A stretch of 62,110 bases of DNA, the filler included, from Actinomycetota bacterium (GTDB lineage Bacteria > Actinomycetota > Acidimicrobiia > IMCC26256 > VFJJ01): NCBI GenBank assembly GCA_009886115.1. It is 4 parts of 4 records of this genome, joined end to end, with 100 filler letters (N's around TTAATTAATTAA, not from the genome) between each part and the next. Parts side by side here need not be neighbours in the genome. Positions count along the whole stretch, not along the records: positions 7,135 to 28,442 come from VFJJ01000119.1; positions 28,543 to 35,391 come from VFJJ01000147.1; 2 more parts are not named here. One strand, written 5' to 3'. Position numbers and translations under genes: made by a program. Shown piece after piece: positions 21,097 through 30,742 of this stretch. The notes below the pieces were generated by a model. It ran no database searches and was not told the DNA's origin. It worked only from the letters and a program-made list of their open reading frames with translations. How positions within the stretch are numbered: the stretch's first letter is position 1; every line of letters begins with the position of its first letter.

Positions 21097-21455
21097 GGCA
21101 TCTGCTCCCGTCGCACCCTGACGGTCCGGTCGACGATGTCGAGGCCCGGCATCCCAGGCAGCACATCGGGGTTGTCGACGATCACCCGCACCACGACGTG
21201 CTCGGCCGTCGAGCCCGACCAGTCGAAGACGGCTCGCTCGCCGACCGATCCGAGCAGCTCCCGCGCCCGATCCTCGGCCAGCGCCTCGGTGTCGGCCGCG
21301 CGAGCCACCCGGTGCGCGGCATCGGCCGCGACCGCTCCCGTCGTCGACGACGTGTACAGGTGCAGCACGACCTGCACCGAGAACAGCAGGAGCACCATGA
21401 ACACCAGCACCCCGGCCCACGTCGAGATCAGCCCACTCCCGCGCTCACCCTTCAC
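21093..21455 (-). CDS. TadE-like minor pilin
   Basis: ERG|SGLISTWAG helix, AADAAHRVAR. Confidence 0.75.
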   Translation of the reverse strand: MKGERGSGLISTWAGVLVFMVLLLFSVQVVLHLYTSSTTGAVAADAAHRVARAADTEALAEDRARELLGSVGERAVFDWSGSTAEHVVVRVIVDNPDVLPGMPGLDIVDRTVRVRREQMP

Positions 21456-21462
21456 CGGGCAC

Positions 21463-21690
21463 TCAGTTGCCGATCTGGCGGATCTGCTGGTCGGTGGTCT
21501 GGGTCGTGTTGTCGAAGATCCCCCGGAAGGCCAACCACATCCCGGCCCCGAGAAACGCCACGATCATCACCGCGATCGCAGCGCTGATGACTCCCTCGCC
21601 GCGCTCGTCGCGCTCGCTGGTGGCGTGGTGCCAACTGGCCGCCAGCCAGGATTGGACAGTTATCCACCAGACGGTCGTCAGGTCGTTCAT
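21463..21690 (-). CDS. Flp-like major pilin (75 aa)
   Basis: DERG|EGVISAAIAVMIVAFLG, small size, AGGAG RBS, position after TadC. Confidence 0.75.
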   Translation of the reverse strand: MNDLTTVWWITVQSWLAASWHHATSERDERGEGVISAAIAVMIVAFLGAGMWLAFRGIFDNTTQTTDQQIRQIGN

Positions 21691-21761
21691 CGCTGTTCTC
21701 CTGTCATGCCTTGGTTGTTGTGGGGTGAAGCGAGCAGCGGAAGCCGACCGGGTAACGCACC

Positions 21762-22682
21762 TCAGCCGCCGTAGAACCGGAGGGCTTCGAGGAAGGGGAT
21801 CATGAGGAACACGGCGCCTGGCAGCAGTGTGGCTACCGTCACCGGCACCCACACCTGCTGCGAACGGCGCTCCACCGCCTCGATCAGATCGCGATGCGCG
21901 TCGCGGCGGATCGAGCGGGCCTCGTCGGAGATGAGACGCCCGAGATCGCTCGCTTCTCGGTTCAAGGCCAGGACGGCAACGAGCCGGTCGAGCGCCGGGA
22001 CCGCGGCGAGCACCTGCCATTCGCGTAGCGCCTCGATCTCAGAGAGGCCGTGACGGATCCGGCGACCGACCCGGCCCAGGTCGCGCGCGCACGCTCCGTC
22101 GCCCCTGATCGCCAAGCGGCTCAAGGCCGATGTGAGCGAGTACCCAGCCGAGAGCAACATCGCGAGCTGCTCGGACGTGACCGGGAGCTCGAGGCGAACC
22201 TGGGTCTGCCAGCGCTGTGCAGCCTTGACCGCCTGCTGCTCGGTCACCAGGAACGCCAGCACCGGAGCCCCGAGCAACATCAGCAGGCCCACGGGTGCGG
22301 GCATCTCGACCGAGAGCACGACGACGATCGCTGCCACCAGTGCCGCCAAGGACCAGCCGCCCTGGCGGATGCGGTACTCGGCGGCGGTCGTGCTGGAGTG
22401 GACCCGGGCCAGGCGCACGTCCAAGGTCTCCCCAATGCCCAGCGCTCGCGACCCGCGCTCGCCGAGGTCGCGCAGCACCGGCCCGATCGACTCCCGCCAT
22501 GTGGCCGCCGACCAGATCCGCCCTGGACCCGGCCGGTCTCCCATGCCGGGGACGGCGAGCGGCGTGTACGGACGAACGCGGTCGGCGTACGACTGCCGAG
22601 CGAACCATCTGACCCGCGAGAACAGCAGCGCCGCTCCTGCCCACAGCCCGAAGCCGAACACCACGGCGAGACGGGCGCTCAT
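21762..22682 (-). CDS. tadC: Type II secretion system F family protein, TadC-like
   Basis: ELP...EQLAMLLSAG.SL..AL, C-terminal VPV...LLP; ATGA overlap with TadB. Confidence 0.85.
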   Translation of the reverse strand: MSARLAVVFGFGLWAGAALLFSRVRWFARQSYADRVRPYTPLAVPGMGDRPGPGRIWSAATWRESIGPVLRDLGERGSRALGIGETLDVRLARVHSSTTAAEYRIRQGGWSLAALVAAIVVVLSVEMPAPVGLLMLLGAPVLAFLVTEQQAVKAAQRWQTQVRLELPVTSEQLAMLLSAGYSLTSALSRLAIRGDGACARDLGRVGRRIRHGLSEIEALREWQVLAAVPALDRLVAVLALNREASDLGRLISDEARSIRRDAHRDLIEAVERRSQQVWVPVTVATLLPGAVFLMIPFLEALRFYGG

Positions 22683-23692
22683 CGGGGCTCCCACGGTCGG
22701 CGGAGGGCTGAACGACGAGCTCGCGACCTCGGCGCCCATGCTGCAGGGGTGGCTGCGGAATCAGTACCGAGCGACCGTCCGCCGGCCACGAAGATCCGCT
22801 GCTCGCTCGGCAGACGCATGATCCGACCGGCCCACCACCAGCAGCCGCCGATCATCGCCAATGCGACAACGACGGCCGCCTGCCCTGTCGCGGTCTGGTA
22901 GGCGGCCCGCCCGTTGCCGATCCCGAGACCGGCGAGGGCCATGCCCATGGGCACGAGGAGCACGAAACGCCGGGCGAAGCGAGCACCCGCCTGACGGGAA
23001 CGGGCGTCCTTGCGGCCCTGGAGGTCCTGGATCCGGTCGGCGGCGAGCGACTCCAGGACCCGATCGACGTCGTGCCCTCCCACCTCGTGAGCGACGAGCA
23101 GCGTCTCGCACACGACGTCGGCGGTGGGGTCGGCGAGTCGAGCCTCGAGCACGGCGACCGTCCGCTCGAAATCGGTCGACAACAGCCACTCGCGCTGGGT
23201 CGCCTGGAACGCCGGTCGGAGCTCGACGGGGGCCCGGGCGCCCACCTCGAAGAGGGCCTGGGGTATCGAACGACCGACGCTCCCGGTGAGGAGACGAATC
23301 TCCTCGATCATGCGGGGCCAGGCTTCCTGGGCATCGGTCCTGCGCCGTTCCCGACGGGCCCGCGACCCGGCGACGGGCAGCACGGCTGCGAAGAGCCCGC
23401 CGAGCAAAGCCGGGACCGGCCCCCCGAACACGGCGAACAGCGCACCGGCGCTGAGCACGAACAGCACCAGCATCATCCCGAGGAACTCCGACGGCTTCAC
23501 GTCATCGAGGCCGGCCTGGGTCATCCATTCATGCACCCGCCCTCGCGCCGTCGCCCTCCGGAGACCGGACCGCCCGTCAGCACGGGCTGAGCCCACCATC
23601 CCGAGGTCGCGCCGGCCCATCACCAGGCCCGTGTAGAGGAGGTGGACGCCGAACGCGCCGCCGAGCGCGACGAGCACGGCCAGTCCGATCAT
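22679..23692 (-). CDS. tadB: Type II secretion system F family protein, TadB-like
   Basis: AWP..IE.I....G.S..QAL, LADPTAD.V.E.L..A.EVGG, Y.T.TG. Confidence 0.85.
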   Translation of the reverse strand: MIGLAVLVALGGAFGVHLLYTGLVMGRRDLGMVGSARADGRSGLRRATARGRVHEWMTQAGLDDVKPSEFLGMMLVLFVLSAGALFAVFGGPVPALLGGLFAAVLPVAGSRARRERRRTDAQEAWPRMIEEIRLLTGSVGRSIPQALFEVGARAPVELRPAFQATQREWLLSTDFERTVAVLEARLADPTADVVCETLLVAHEVGGHDVDRVLESLAADRIQDLQGRKDARSRQAGARFARRFVLLVPMGMALAGLGIGNGRAAYQTATGQAAVVVALAMIGGCWWWAGRIMRLPSEQRIFVAGGRSLGTDSAATPAAWAPRSRARRSALRRPWEPR

Positions 23693-25047
23693 CCGACGCC
23701 CCGCAGGAACGCCGGTACGGCCTCACGGCTCGTCGTCGCCATCTCGAGCACGGCCCGCAGATCGCAGCCCGAGATCTCGAAGGCGCCCCGGGCCCGGATG
23801 GGTACGTTGCCCGACCACGAGAGCGGCTCGTCCCAGTGCCGCCGTCGGAACACCTCGGTGGTGGTGAAGCTGGTGGAGTCGGGGCCGGTCTGGAGCTCCT
23901 CGACCATCACGATCTCGGTCACCTTCACCGAGCCACGCTCACGCGCGCAGTGCACGACGACGTCGACGGCCTCCGACACCAGACTGTTCAGTGCCGCCAT
24001 GGGCAGCTCCGAGCCCGTGTCGGCCAGCTGACACACGAAACGCAAGCGGGTCAAGGCCTGGCGCGCCGACCCGGCGTGGATCGTGGTGAATCCCTTCACC
24101 CCCGATGACAGCGTCAGCAACAGCGGCAAGGCCTCTCGATCCCTGACCTCGCCGACGATCGCGACGTCGGGTGCCATGCGCAAGAAGCCGGCGACGAGCC
24201 GTCGGAGATCGACGGCGGGACGGTCGGCCCGCGCCGGCCGGGTCTGCATCGACGCAACGTTCGGCAACGGAACGTCGCACTCGAACACCTCCTCGGCGGT
24301 GACGACTCGCAGTGACGGGTCGAGCTCGGCGGCGCAACACGAGAGCATCGTCGTCTTCCCCGAGCCGGGCGCCCCGGCGAAGATGATCGACAGCCGGGCC
24401 TTCACACAGGCCCGGAGGAACTCGGCGACCGGGGGGTCGATCGTGCCGTGGTCGACCAGCTCGTCGAGGCTGCGGAACGCCAACCCGTTGAACTTGCGGA
24501 TGTTCACGATCAGGTTGCCGTCACGCCCGATGTCGCCGTGCACGATGTGCAACCGGGCCCCGTCGTCGAGCTGGGCGTCCTGGAGCCCGTCGGCCGGGTC
24601 GAGCTTGCGGTGCGATCCCCCGGCATCGTCGAGGATCTTCGTGAGGGTCCGCACGACGTGCTCCCCGTCGTGGAACACTTCGGAGTGGTATCCGCTCGAG
24701 CCCATGTGCCGCTTGACGAAGATCTGGTCGGGCCCGTTGATCATGATCTCCCACACGTCGGGGTCGGCCATCAACGGGTCGAGGGGGCCATAGCCGGTGA
24801 GGTTGCGCCAGGCTCGGTCGGCGATTGCGGCCGGATCGGCCAGGTCGTAGGGACGGGCGCCACGCTGGAAGTCGGCGCGCCACCGGTCGATCTCGTCCTC
24901 GACGAGGCGGCGCAGCTCGGCTCGTCCAGCGGAGGTCCCCGCGTCGAGGTGAAGATCGTGCGCCCGCTGCTGGACACCCCGTTCGATCTCGACCAGGGGG
25001 GAGAACGTGAGCTCGGTACCGGAGGGGTCCTGGGCCAGGGTCGTCAC
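23689..25047 (-). CDS. cpaF: Tad pilus assembly ATPase CpaF/TadA
   Basis: YGPL.PL..DP.V.EIMING, GAPGSGKTT, LRMAPD..IVGEVR, TIHA. Confidence 0.93.
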   Translation of the reverse strand: MTTLAQDPSGTELTFSPLVEIERGVQQRAHDLHLDAGTSAGRAELRRLVEDEIDRWRADFQRGARPYDLADPAAIADRAWRNLTGYGPLDPLMADPDVWEIMINGPDQIFVKRHMGSSGYHSEVFHDGEHVVRTLTKILDDAGGSHRKLDPADGLQDAQLDDGARLHIVHGDIGRDGNLIVNIRKFNGLAFRSLDELVDHGTIDPPVAEFLRACVKARLSIIFAGAPGSGKTTMLSCCAAELDPSLRVVTAEEVFECDVPLPNVASMQTRPARADRPAVDLRRLVAGFLRMAPDVAIVGEVRDREALPLLLTLSSGVKGFTTIHAGSARQALTRLRFVCQLADTGSELPMAALNSLVSEAVDVVVHCARERGSVKVTEIVMVEELQTGPDSTSFTTTEVFRRRHWDEPLSWSGNVPIRARGAFEISGCDLRAVLEMATTSREAVPAFLRGVG

Positions 25048-25050
25048 GGT

Positions 25051-26454
25051 TCACTCCTCAGGGAAGTCGGGGGCGTCGGGGGCGTCGGGGAAGTCGGGCG
25101 CGTCGGGGAACTCGGGAAGATCGTCGAACCAGGAGCCGAGCGAGCCCGGTGCCACGAGTTGCGGAGCGACCTCGGGCTCGAGCCAGTCGGCCCGGCGATC
25201 CACCCGGGCCAGGACCGCGGTGAGCGCCCGGGCCAGGATCGCCGGGAGCGGCCCGGGAACGGGGGTCGCGTCGCGTGCCGCTTGGTCGACGGGTCGGCGA
25301 GGCAGGAACACCGTGGGGGCGAAGGGTCCGACCAGATCGCGTACGAGCTCGTCGAGGGCCCGGCCGAGCACGGCGCGTGTCTTGGGAGCGCGGGGCACGG
25401 GGTTGAGGACCGGCATCGTGCGACCCGGATCGACACCGGCCTCGACGAGATCGTGCAGCAGGCCCGTGAGCCCGTGGAGACCTTGCACACCCGGACGGCC
25501 GACGGCGACGACCACGTCGGCATGCCTGATCGCCATGCGGGACATGAGGTTCCGCTCCTCGACGTCGATCGAGCCCGAGATCGCCTCGTCTTCGAAGTCG
25601 CCGTCGATGTCGTGGACCACGAGCGCCCAGTGACGACGCAGCCCGTCGAGCGCGGCCTCGTGGGCCCGTCGGCGCAACGTCGTCCAGTAGCGGGGACGCC
25701 GTAGACCGAGGAGGAGGTCGTAGCCCCGGCCTTCCATCGGGAACGTCAATGCTCGGAGCTCGTCGGCGCCGAGGCGGCCGTGCCGGTGGGCATCGACGAG
25801 CTCCTGGATGCCGGGGACGAGGTCGCCCGTGTCGTGCAGCATCCCGAGCTGGGCCCGCCGACACCCGTCGACCAGCAGCACCGACCCCGCCCTGCCCCGA
25901 TGCCCCGGCACCCCGTCCGAGCTCGACGGGTCACCGTGACGACGCCAGTGGGCCGCGACCCCTTGGGCCAGGGCCATGGCGACGGTCGACGCACCCGTCC
26001 CTCCGGGGCCGCAGACTGCGACGACCGTTCCCGCGCCCCCCAGCAGGTCGTCGAAGCCCGAGGCCTCGGCGTCGAGACCGGTCCCGTGGCCGACCATGCG
26101 CCCATGGGTCACGAGGAGATCGAGCAGCTCCTCGCGGCGGAAGTCGGGCTCGAGCGCTCCTGTTGCGCCAAGCGCCGTCCAGTCGCGCACGATCCGGGGA
26201 TCGGTGACGACGATCACGATGCTGCCGGCTGACCGAGCAAGATCGACGAGGTCGCGATCGACGGAGTGCGAACCACCGTCGAGGACGACCGCGGAGAACG
26301 GGCGGCCCTGGGCCAGGCTCACCCTGACCTCTTCGGCGCTCACGGCCTTGACGAACTCGATCGGCAACGCGCCCGATGTCGCCCAGCGAGACACGGCGGC
26401 GAACCAGGCCGCACGGGGCTGGGCCAAGCCGAGCACGACGAACCGTTCGGTCAC
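25051..26454 (-). CDS. CpaE/TadZ/Ssd-like protein (receiver-like N-terminus + degenerate MinD-type P-loop)
   Basis: VAVCGPGGTGASTVAMALA, VLLVD; directly upstream of cpaF. Confidence 0.75.
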   Translation of the reverse strand: MTERFVVLGLAQPRAAWFAAVSRWATSGALPIEFVKAVSAEEVRVSLAQGRPFSAVVLDGGSHSVDRDLVDLARSAGSIVIVVTDPRIVRDWTALGATGALEPDFRREELLDLLVTHGRMVGHGTGLDAEASGFDDLLGGAGTVVAVCGPGGTGASTVAMALAQGVAAHWRRHGDPSSSDGVPGHRGRAGSVLLVDGCRRAQLGMLHDTGDLVPGIQELVDAHRHGRLGADELRALTFPMEGRGYDLLLGLRRPRYWTTLRRRAHEAALDGLRRHWALVVHDIDGDFEDEAISGSIDVEERNLMSRMAIRHADVVVAVGRPGVQGLHGLTGLLHDLVEAGVDPGRTMPVLNPVPRAPKTRAVLGRALDELVRDLVGPFAPTVFLPRRPVDQAARDATPVPGPLPAILARALTAVLARVDRRADWLEPEVAPQLVAPGSLGSWFDDLPEFPDAPDFPDAPDAPDFPEE

Positions 26455-26456
26455 GG

Positions 26457-27281
26457 TCAGGCCCCAGCCGGGATGCGGGCCACGCCGGCCACAGCGGCGG
26501 CGGGGCTCACCTTCGAACCGGGCCCGGCCCCGGCGCCAGCAGCGGTCTGCGGGCAGGCGAGCACGACAGCCTCGTCGGTTGCCGTGGTGGTACCGACCAC
26601 GCTCAACGTCGCCGTGTCGGCTGCGAAGGTGAGGAGGCGGGCGGTTTCGGGGTCGGCGACGGCCAGCACGAACACCACGTCGTCGCGGGCGCCGAGCTGG
26701 TCGTCGCCCCGGCGGAAATCGGCCACCAGCGCTCGGCGCACGATCCGATCGGTGCAGGCGCCGGCGGTGTCCTCGAACGTCGCCAACACGTCGACCCGTT
26801 CGCCGGGGGTGAAGGCCCGCCCGAGCGCCCGGCTCGTGGGTACCGAGAACGACACCTCCTCGAACCCCGCCTGTGTACCGACGGCAACGACATCGTCGAC
26901 CCGGAGCATCGAGTGTGCCGCCACGTCGTGCACGAGCACCGAACCCACCACCGTTGCCGCGTCGACCACCAGGCCGGCCTGTACGTCGTCGGGCACGTCG
27001 ACGGCGAGCTCCTCCAGGTCGAGCCGGGTGATCACGGCTCCGGCGCCGAGGTCACGGTTCACTGCCAGCACCCGAGTGGCAGGACGCGAGTCGGCCGAGG
27101 CCACGGTGGCGAACAGCCCGACGGCCGCCGCGGCCACGAGGAAGCCGCCGACGAGGGCCCGGGAGTTGGGCCGCGCCACCCGGCTCTTGGGGCGGGGTCG
27201 TGTCCGGGTGTCTCGTCGGGGACGGTCGCCGTCAGCGTCTCGGCTCTCGGTCGGGTGTGCCGGTCGATCGAGCACGGTCAT
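26457..27281 (-). CDS. SAF-domain CpaB/RcpC-like protein
   Basis: TM segment, VLAVNRDLGAGAVIT..DL, PGERVDVLAT. Confidence 0.8.
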   Translation of the reverse strand: MTVLDRPAHPTESRDADGDRPRRDTRTRPRPKSRVARPNSRALVGGFLVAAAAVGLFATVASADSRPATRVLAVNRDLGAGAVITRLDLEELAVDVPDDVQAGLVVDAATVVGSVLVHDVAAHSMLRVDDVVAVGTQAGFEEVSFSVPTSRALGRAFTPGERVDVLATFEDTAGACTDRIVRRALVADFRRGDDQLGARDDVVFVLAVADPETARLLTFAADTATLSVVGTTTATDEAVVLACPQTAAGAGAGPGSKVSPAAAVAGVARIPAGA

Positions 27282-27385
27282 CGGGGGGAACCTCCGCACT
27301 CGAGCACGCGGGGGCCGTCGAAGACGTCCCGCGATCGTTGAACATGAAACGATACGAGGTGGTATGAGCGACTATGGTCGGGCCC

Positions 27386-27610
27386 ATGGCGATCGACATC
27401 ACATGGCTCGGAACCCAAGACGCTGCCCGCCTGCTGGGCGTCACGCCCCGCACGCTGTACCGCTTCATCGATGAAGGGCAGCTCGCGGGGTACAAGTTCG
27501 GCCGGGTGATCAGGCTCAAGGAGTCCGACGTGCTGGCCTTCATCGAAGGGTCGCGCATCGAACCGGGCACGCTCGAGCACCTCTACCCCGAGACCCGCTC
27601 GTCGCACTGA
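27386..27610 (+). CDS. Excisionase/BldC-like HTH_17 DNA-binding protein
   Basis: WL.T.DAARLLGVTPRTLYRFIDEGQL.GYKFGRVIR; TATGGT lies 7 nt before ATG 27386. Confidence 0.88.
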   Translation: MAIDITWLGTQDAARLLGVTPRTLYRFIDEGQLAGYKFGRVIRLKESDVLAFIEGSRIEPGTLEHLYPETRSSH

Positions 27611-27690
27611 GCCCGTCACCGTCGACGCGGTCGCCGCTGCGGTCGCCCTCGCCGCTGAGGCCGTCATCGCGACCACGGGGATCACCGCGA

Positions 27691-28263
27691 TCATCGCGTC
27701 GCCGCCGGGCCTGGGCCGTCGGTCACGACCTCGGTGACGGCCCGCAGCTGACAGGCGCTCAACCCGCTCTCGCGTGCGTCGAGCTTCACCGTCACCACGT
27801 CGACTCCGAGCGACCACAGGCGTCCCGTCACCGTCGTCGCCTGGCCGCCCAAGCCCAACGAGGCTCGTTGCCCGTCGGCCACGAGGTCGGCCAGGAACGC
27901 ATGGAAGCTCGAAGGAGCGTGGAGGCGACGGTCGGTCGTGGGCGCCGGCCAGTCGGACCCCGGGGTGCGCACCGAGGCGACGGCGTCGAGCACCACGGCT
28001 GCGAGCCGGCCGGTCGTGTTCTCGACCACGCAATAGTCGAGGCCCACGGCTCGCACCCGACCCACGTGCTGGCGGCCGGCCGTCGTCTCGACCACGACCG
28101 CACGACGGGCCTCGGCGAGATCGATCAGGGCGCTGGCGAAGGTTGCGCACTCACGGGCCTGCTCGCGCAGCCACCGCTGCCGACCCCGGGCGTCGACGGC
28201 CTCGGCACGACGGGCCTCGTCGAGGAGGCCCACGATCTCGAGATCGATGCTGTGCTCGTCCAC
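27691..28263 (-). CDS. Hypothetical protein with two similar small beta-rich halves
   Basis: Coherent ORF with GGAGG RBS; halves GRVRAVGLD and GRLWSLGVD resemble each other. Confidence 0.65.
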   Translation of the reverse strand: MDEHSIDLEIVGLLDEARRAEAVDARGRQRWLREQARECATFASALIDLAEARRAVVVETTAGRQHVGRVRAVGLDYCVVENTTGRLAAVVLDAVASVRTPGSDWPAPTTDRRLHAPSSFHAFLADLVADGQRASLGLGGQATTVTGRLWSLGVDVVTVKLDARESGLSACQLRAVTEVVTDGPGPAATR

Positions 28264-28442
28264 GCTCGCCCCTCCCGTCACTCTCCGTGAGGCGAGCGGA
28301 CCGTACGCCCGATCCGGTTGGAAAGGGAGGGCGACTGAAGTCACTCAGCGTGAGGTATCGCAGGGTTGCCCGAGTTCGGGACACCGTTCGGAGGCTCCCG
28401 AGTGAGCCCGACCGGCGACCGGTTGGCGTGCGGAGCCCGATC

Positions 28443-28542
28443 NNNNNNNNNNNNNNNNNNNNNNNNNNNNNNNNNNNNNNNNNNNNTTAATTAATTAANN
28501 NNNNNNNNNNNNNNNNNNNNNNNNNNNNNNNNNNNNNNNNNN
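28443..28542. other. Artificial contig linker
   Basis: N-run + TTAATTAATTAA + N-run. Confidence 0.98.
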
Positions 28543-28651
28543 CTTGCTAGCCCCACAAACACGGACAACCTGCAGGTCAGAGGCACCGAGTTGTCGAGCA
28601 GCATCGCATCGGACGGACAGGATCGCCGGTGTCTGCGAGCACAGCGCTCGG

Positions 28652-28664
28652 ACAACTGATTACT
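28652..28664 (+). repeat. 13-bp direct repeat ACAACTGATTACT (second copy 30492-30504), candidate arm-type site of module 1
   Basis: Identical copies, each 65-95 bp inside an att core and each preceded by GGTGTYTGCG. Confidence 0.6.
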
Positions 28665-28822
28665 CCTCATTTCGGACGTGTGGTTGCATCGCCTCCCGCT
28701 CGCTTCGGGTTCGATCCTCCGCCTCGCCGAGTCCTGGCGGCGGAGCCTCGAGGCGTCCAACTGGTCAGCTGTGATCGGCGTGAGATGTGCGACTGTGAAG
28801 CGGTCGCACTCGGCGCCGTGGG

Positions 28823-30004
28823 TCATTGGCTGCGTTGCGCGTCGGGGATGGTTCGTTTCAGGAACTCGTCGAAGAGGGGCACGGTGAATGCGGTATCGCC
28901 GTGTGCTGGGCTGTAGATCATGCCCTTGATGATGAGGCCGGACCGTCGCGGTGCGACCGACTCCACCCGGAGGCGTAGCGCAGCTGCGATGTCACCCGAT
29001 CGGTGCGGACCCGGACCGAGTTCGGCCATGGCCCGTAGGTACTCCCGCTCCTTCGGCGTCAGCCGGTCGAGTCGGACCAGGAAGAAGTTGCGATCGAGTT
29101 GGTCGATGACGAACGGCCGGGCGGCCCGTACGTCGTCGAGCGTGATCGGGGTCGTGCTGGCGAGGTTCCAGACGTGGAAGCCCCACTCCTGGAGGAAGTA
29201 CGGGTAACCCTTGGACTCCGAGACGATGAGCTCGACGGCTGCTCGCTCGAACGTCACCTCGAGGTTGTGCGCGGGGATCTCGATGGCGGCGGCCGCGTCG
29301 CTGGAGCCGAGTGATCCGATCACCGGGAAGTCGAACAGTCGCTCGGCGTACGACTTAGCGTCGCCGGCGAGCCCGGGAAGCTGTGGCAGGCCAGCGCCGA
29401 CGAGCACGATTGGTAGGTTGCGCTGTGTCGTGCGGTGGATGGCGGTGATGAGGGCGGCGAGCTCGTCTGCGGCGAGGTACTGCACTTCGTCTATGGCGAG
29501 GAGCATGCCGGTGCTGTCTTCGGCGGCGGCTTCTCCGATTGTGACGAGCAGGTCCGTGAGGTCCTCGCTGAGCAGACCTGAGTCGGCGAGGCCGGCTTCG
29601 GGTTCGACGCCGATCGAGATTGCGCTGCCGTCGGGGAGTTGGCAGCTGAACGAGCGGAGCGCACCGAGCGCTCGGGCGATGAGGCGTCGGGCGGGTCCAC
29701 TGGTATTGAGTGCCAGCAGGACCTTGCGCAGTCGAATGGCGAGCAGCATCTGGAAGTCGCCGGTCTCCGGCGCTTCGATGAAAGCGACCTGCATGCCTTG
29801 GCGTTCGGCCACCTCGGCGAACCGGTTGAGTAGCACGGTCTTGCCGACGCCGCGTAGGCCGATCGGCATGTAGCTCTTGCCCGGGCGGTTGTCGAGCGCC
29901 CGACGAATCGTCACATCGAACCGGTCGATGAGATCGTCACGTCCGAGAAGTGCCGGCGGTGTCGTACCGGCCCCCGGGCGGTAGGGGTTGTCGAACCGGT
30001 CCAT
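28823..30004 (-). CDS. AAA_16-like P-loop ATPase with probable C-terminal winged HTH
   Basis: NPYRPGAG..P..L.GR, GLRGVGKT, LAIDEVQ, GYPYFLQ, R..LI.KGMIY. Confidence 0.9.
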   Translation of the reverse strand: MDRFDNPYRPGAGTTPPALLGRDDLIDRFDVTIRRALDNRPGKSYMPIGLRGVGKTVLLNRFAEVAERQGMQVAFIEAPETGDFQMLLAIRLRKVLLALNTSGPARRLIARALGALRSFSCQLPDGSAISIGVEPEAGLADSGLLSEDLTDLLVTIGEAAAEDSTGMLLAIDEVQYLAADELAALITAIHRTTQRNLPIVLVGAGLPQLPGLAGDAKSYAERLFDFPVIGSLGSSDAAAAIEIPAHNLEVTFERAAVELIVSESKGYPYFLQEWGFHVWNLASTTPITLDDVRAARPFVIDQLDRNFFLVRLDRLTPKEREYLRAMAELGPGPHRSGDIAAALRLRVESVAPRRSGLIIKGMIYSPAHGDTAFTVPLFDEFLKRTIPDAQRSQ

Positions 30005-30569
30005 GTTGAACGATCTTATCTGATCTTATGTCTCTTATTCAACAGCTGGCTAAGAAATGTCAAGGCTCCCGAACCAGGCGCGGGCTGCGAACGAGATCGG
30101 GGTCGAGCCCGATCCTGTCGGAACGATTCCGATCCAGGATCGGTGAAGCGACTCGCTATGTGAGTTGCGCGGAGGTCACGATGCCGCTGTGCCCCCCTCC
30201 CCGGGGGGAGGAGCTCGGCTCGTTGGTGTCGCCGTTCGAGTGGCAGGCGACCGTCGGCGTCTCTTTCGCTGGGTCGATCCTGCGTGGGTGGTCGTCGTGG
30301 GCCAGGTTGGCTTCTTCGACCAGTTCCCACGGTGCTGATGAGCCGATACTCACAGTGCGTGGCGATCGACTCGACGGGTTGTTTCGATGAGAGGCTCCTC
30401 TGGCGGGCGGAGGCGGATCGGGAGGCACTTCGGGTCGGCGGGCCAGTAGGATGGTGGCGTCGCCGTAGCCGTACTTGGAAGGTGTTTGCGTACAACTGAT
30501 TACTTTACCCTCGACGCTCGACCCCGAGCAGGGAATACGCTGGTGAGTACAGCGTGAGGGGTCTGATAG

Positions 30570-30612
30570 CTGATAAGGATGAGGTCGCAAGTTCGATTCT
30601 TGCTAGCCCCAC
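30570..30612 (+). repeat. tRNA-Ile(GAU) 3'-half duplicate (att core)
   Basis: CTGATAA loop, GGATG, AGGTC, GCAAG-TTCGATT-CTTGC T-arm, TAGCCCC-A; no D-arm or 5' acceptor strand upstream. Confidence 0.88.
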
Positions 30613-30681
30613 CCAGCATTTCCGCAGGTCAGAGTATATTTCCGAGGTGTCTCGGAGACCGTCGGGAAGGGCCTGAAACGG

Positions 30682-30710
30682 GTGTCGTGCCACAAGCGTG
30701 CCACTACGAA
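30682..30710 (+). repeat. 29-bp direct repeat GTGTCGTGCCACAAGCGTGCCACTACGAA (second copy 35199-35227), candidate arm-type site of module 2
   Basis: Identical copies with internal CGTGCCAC at 11-bp period; extra inverted copy at 35228-35236. Confidence 0.8.
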
Positions 30711-30742
30711 ACCGGGGGGCACTCGACGTGTGGACAGGCAAC

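Noticed and set aside
186..27281. c-di-GMP enzyme regulating the Tad cluster by proximity, and linkage of contig 3 to the cyclase array
   Set aside because: They lie on different contigs; the order in this window is artificial
30016..30590. Possible integrase remnant in short ORFs beside the att core
   Set aside because: No recombinase catalytic motifs; translations look non-coding
30570..30612. Functional tRNA genes at 30570, 35327 and 35592
   Set aside because: All lack the 5' acceptor strand and D-arm
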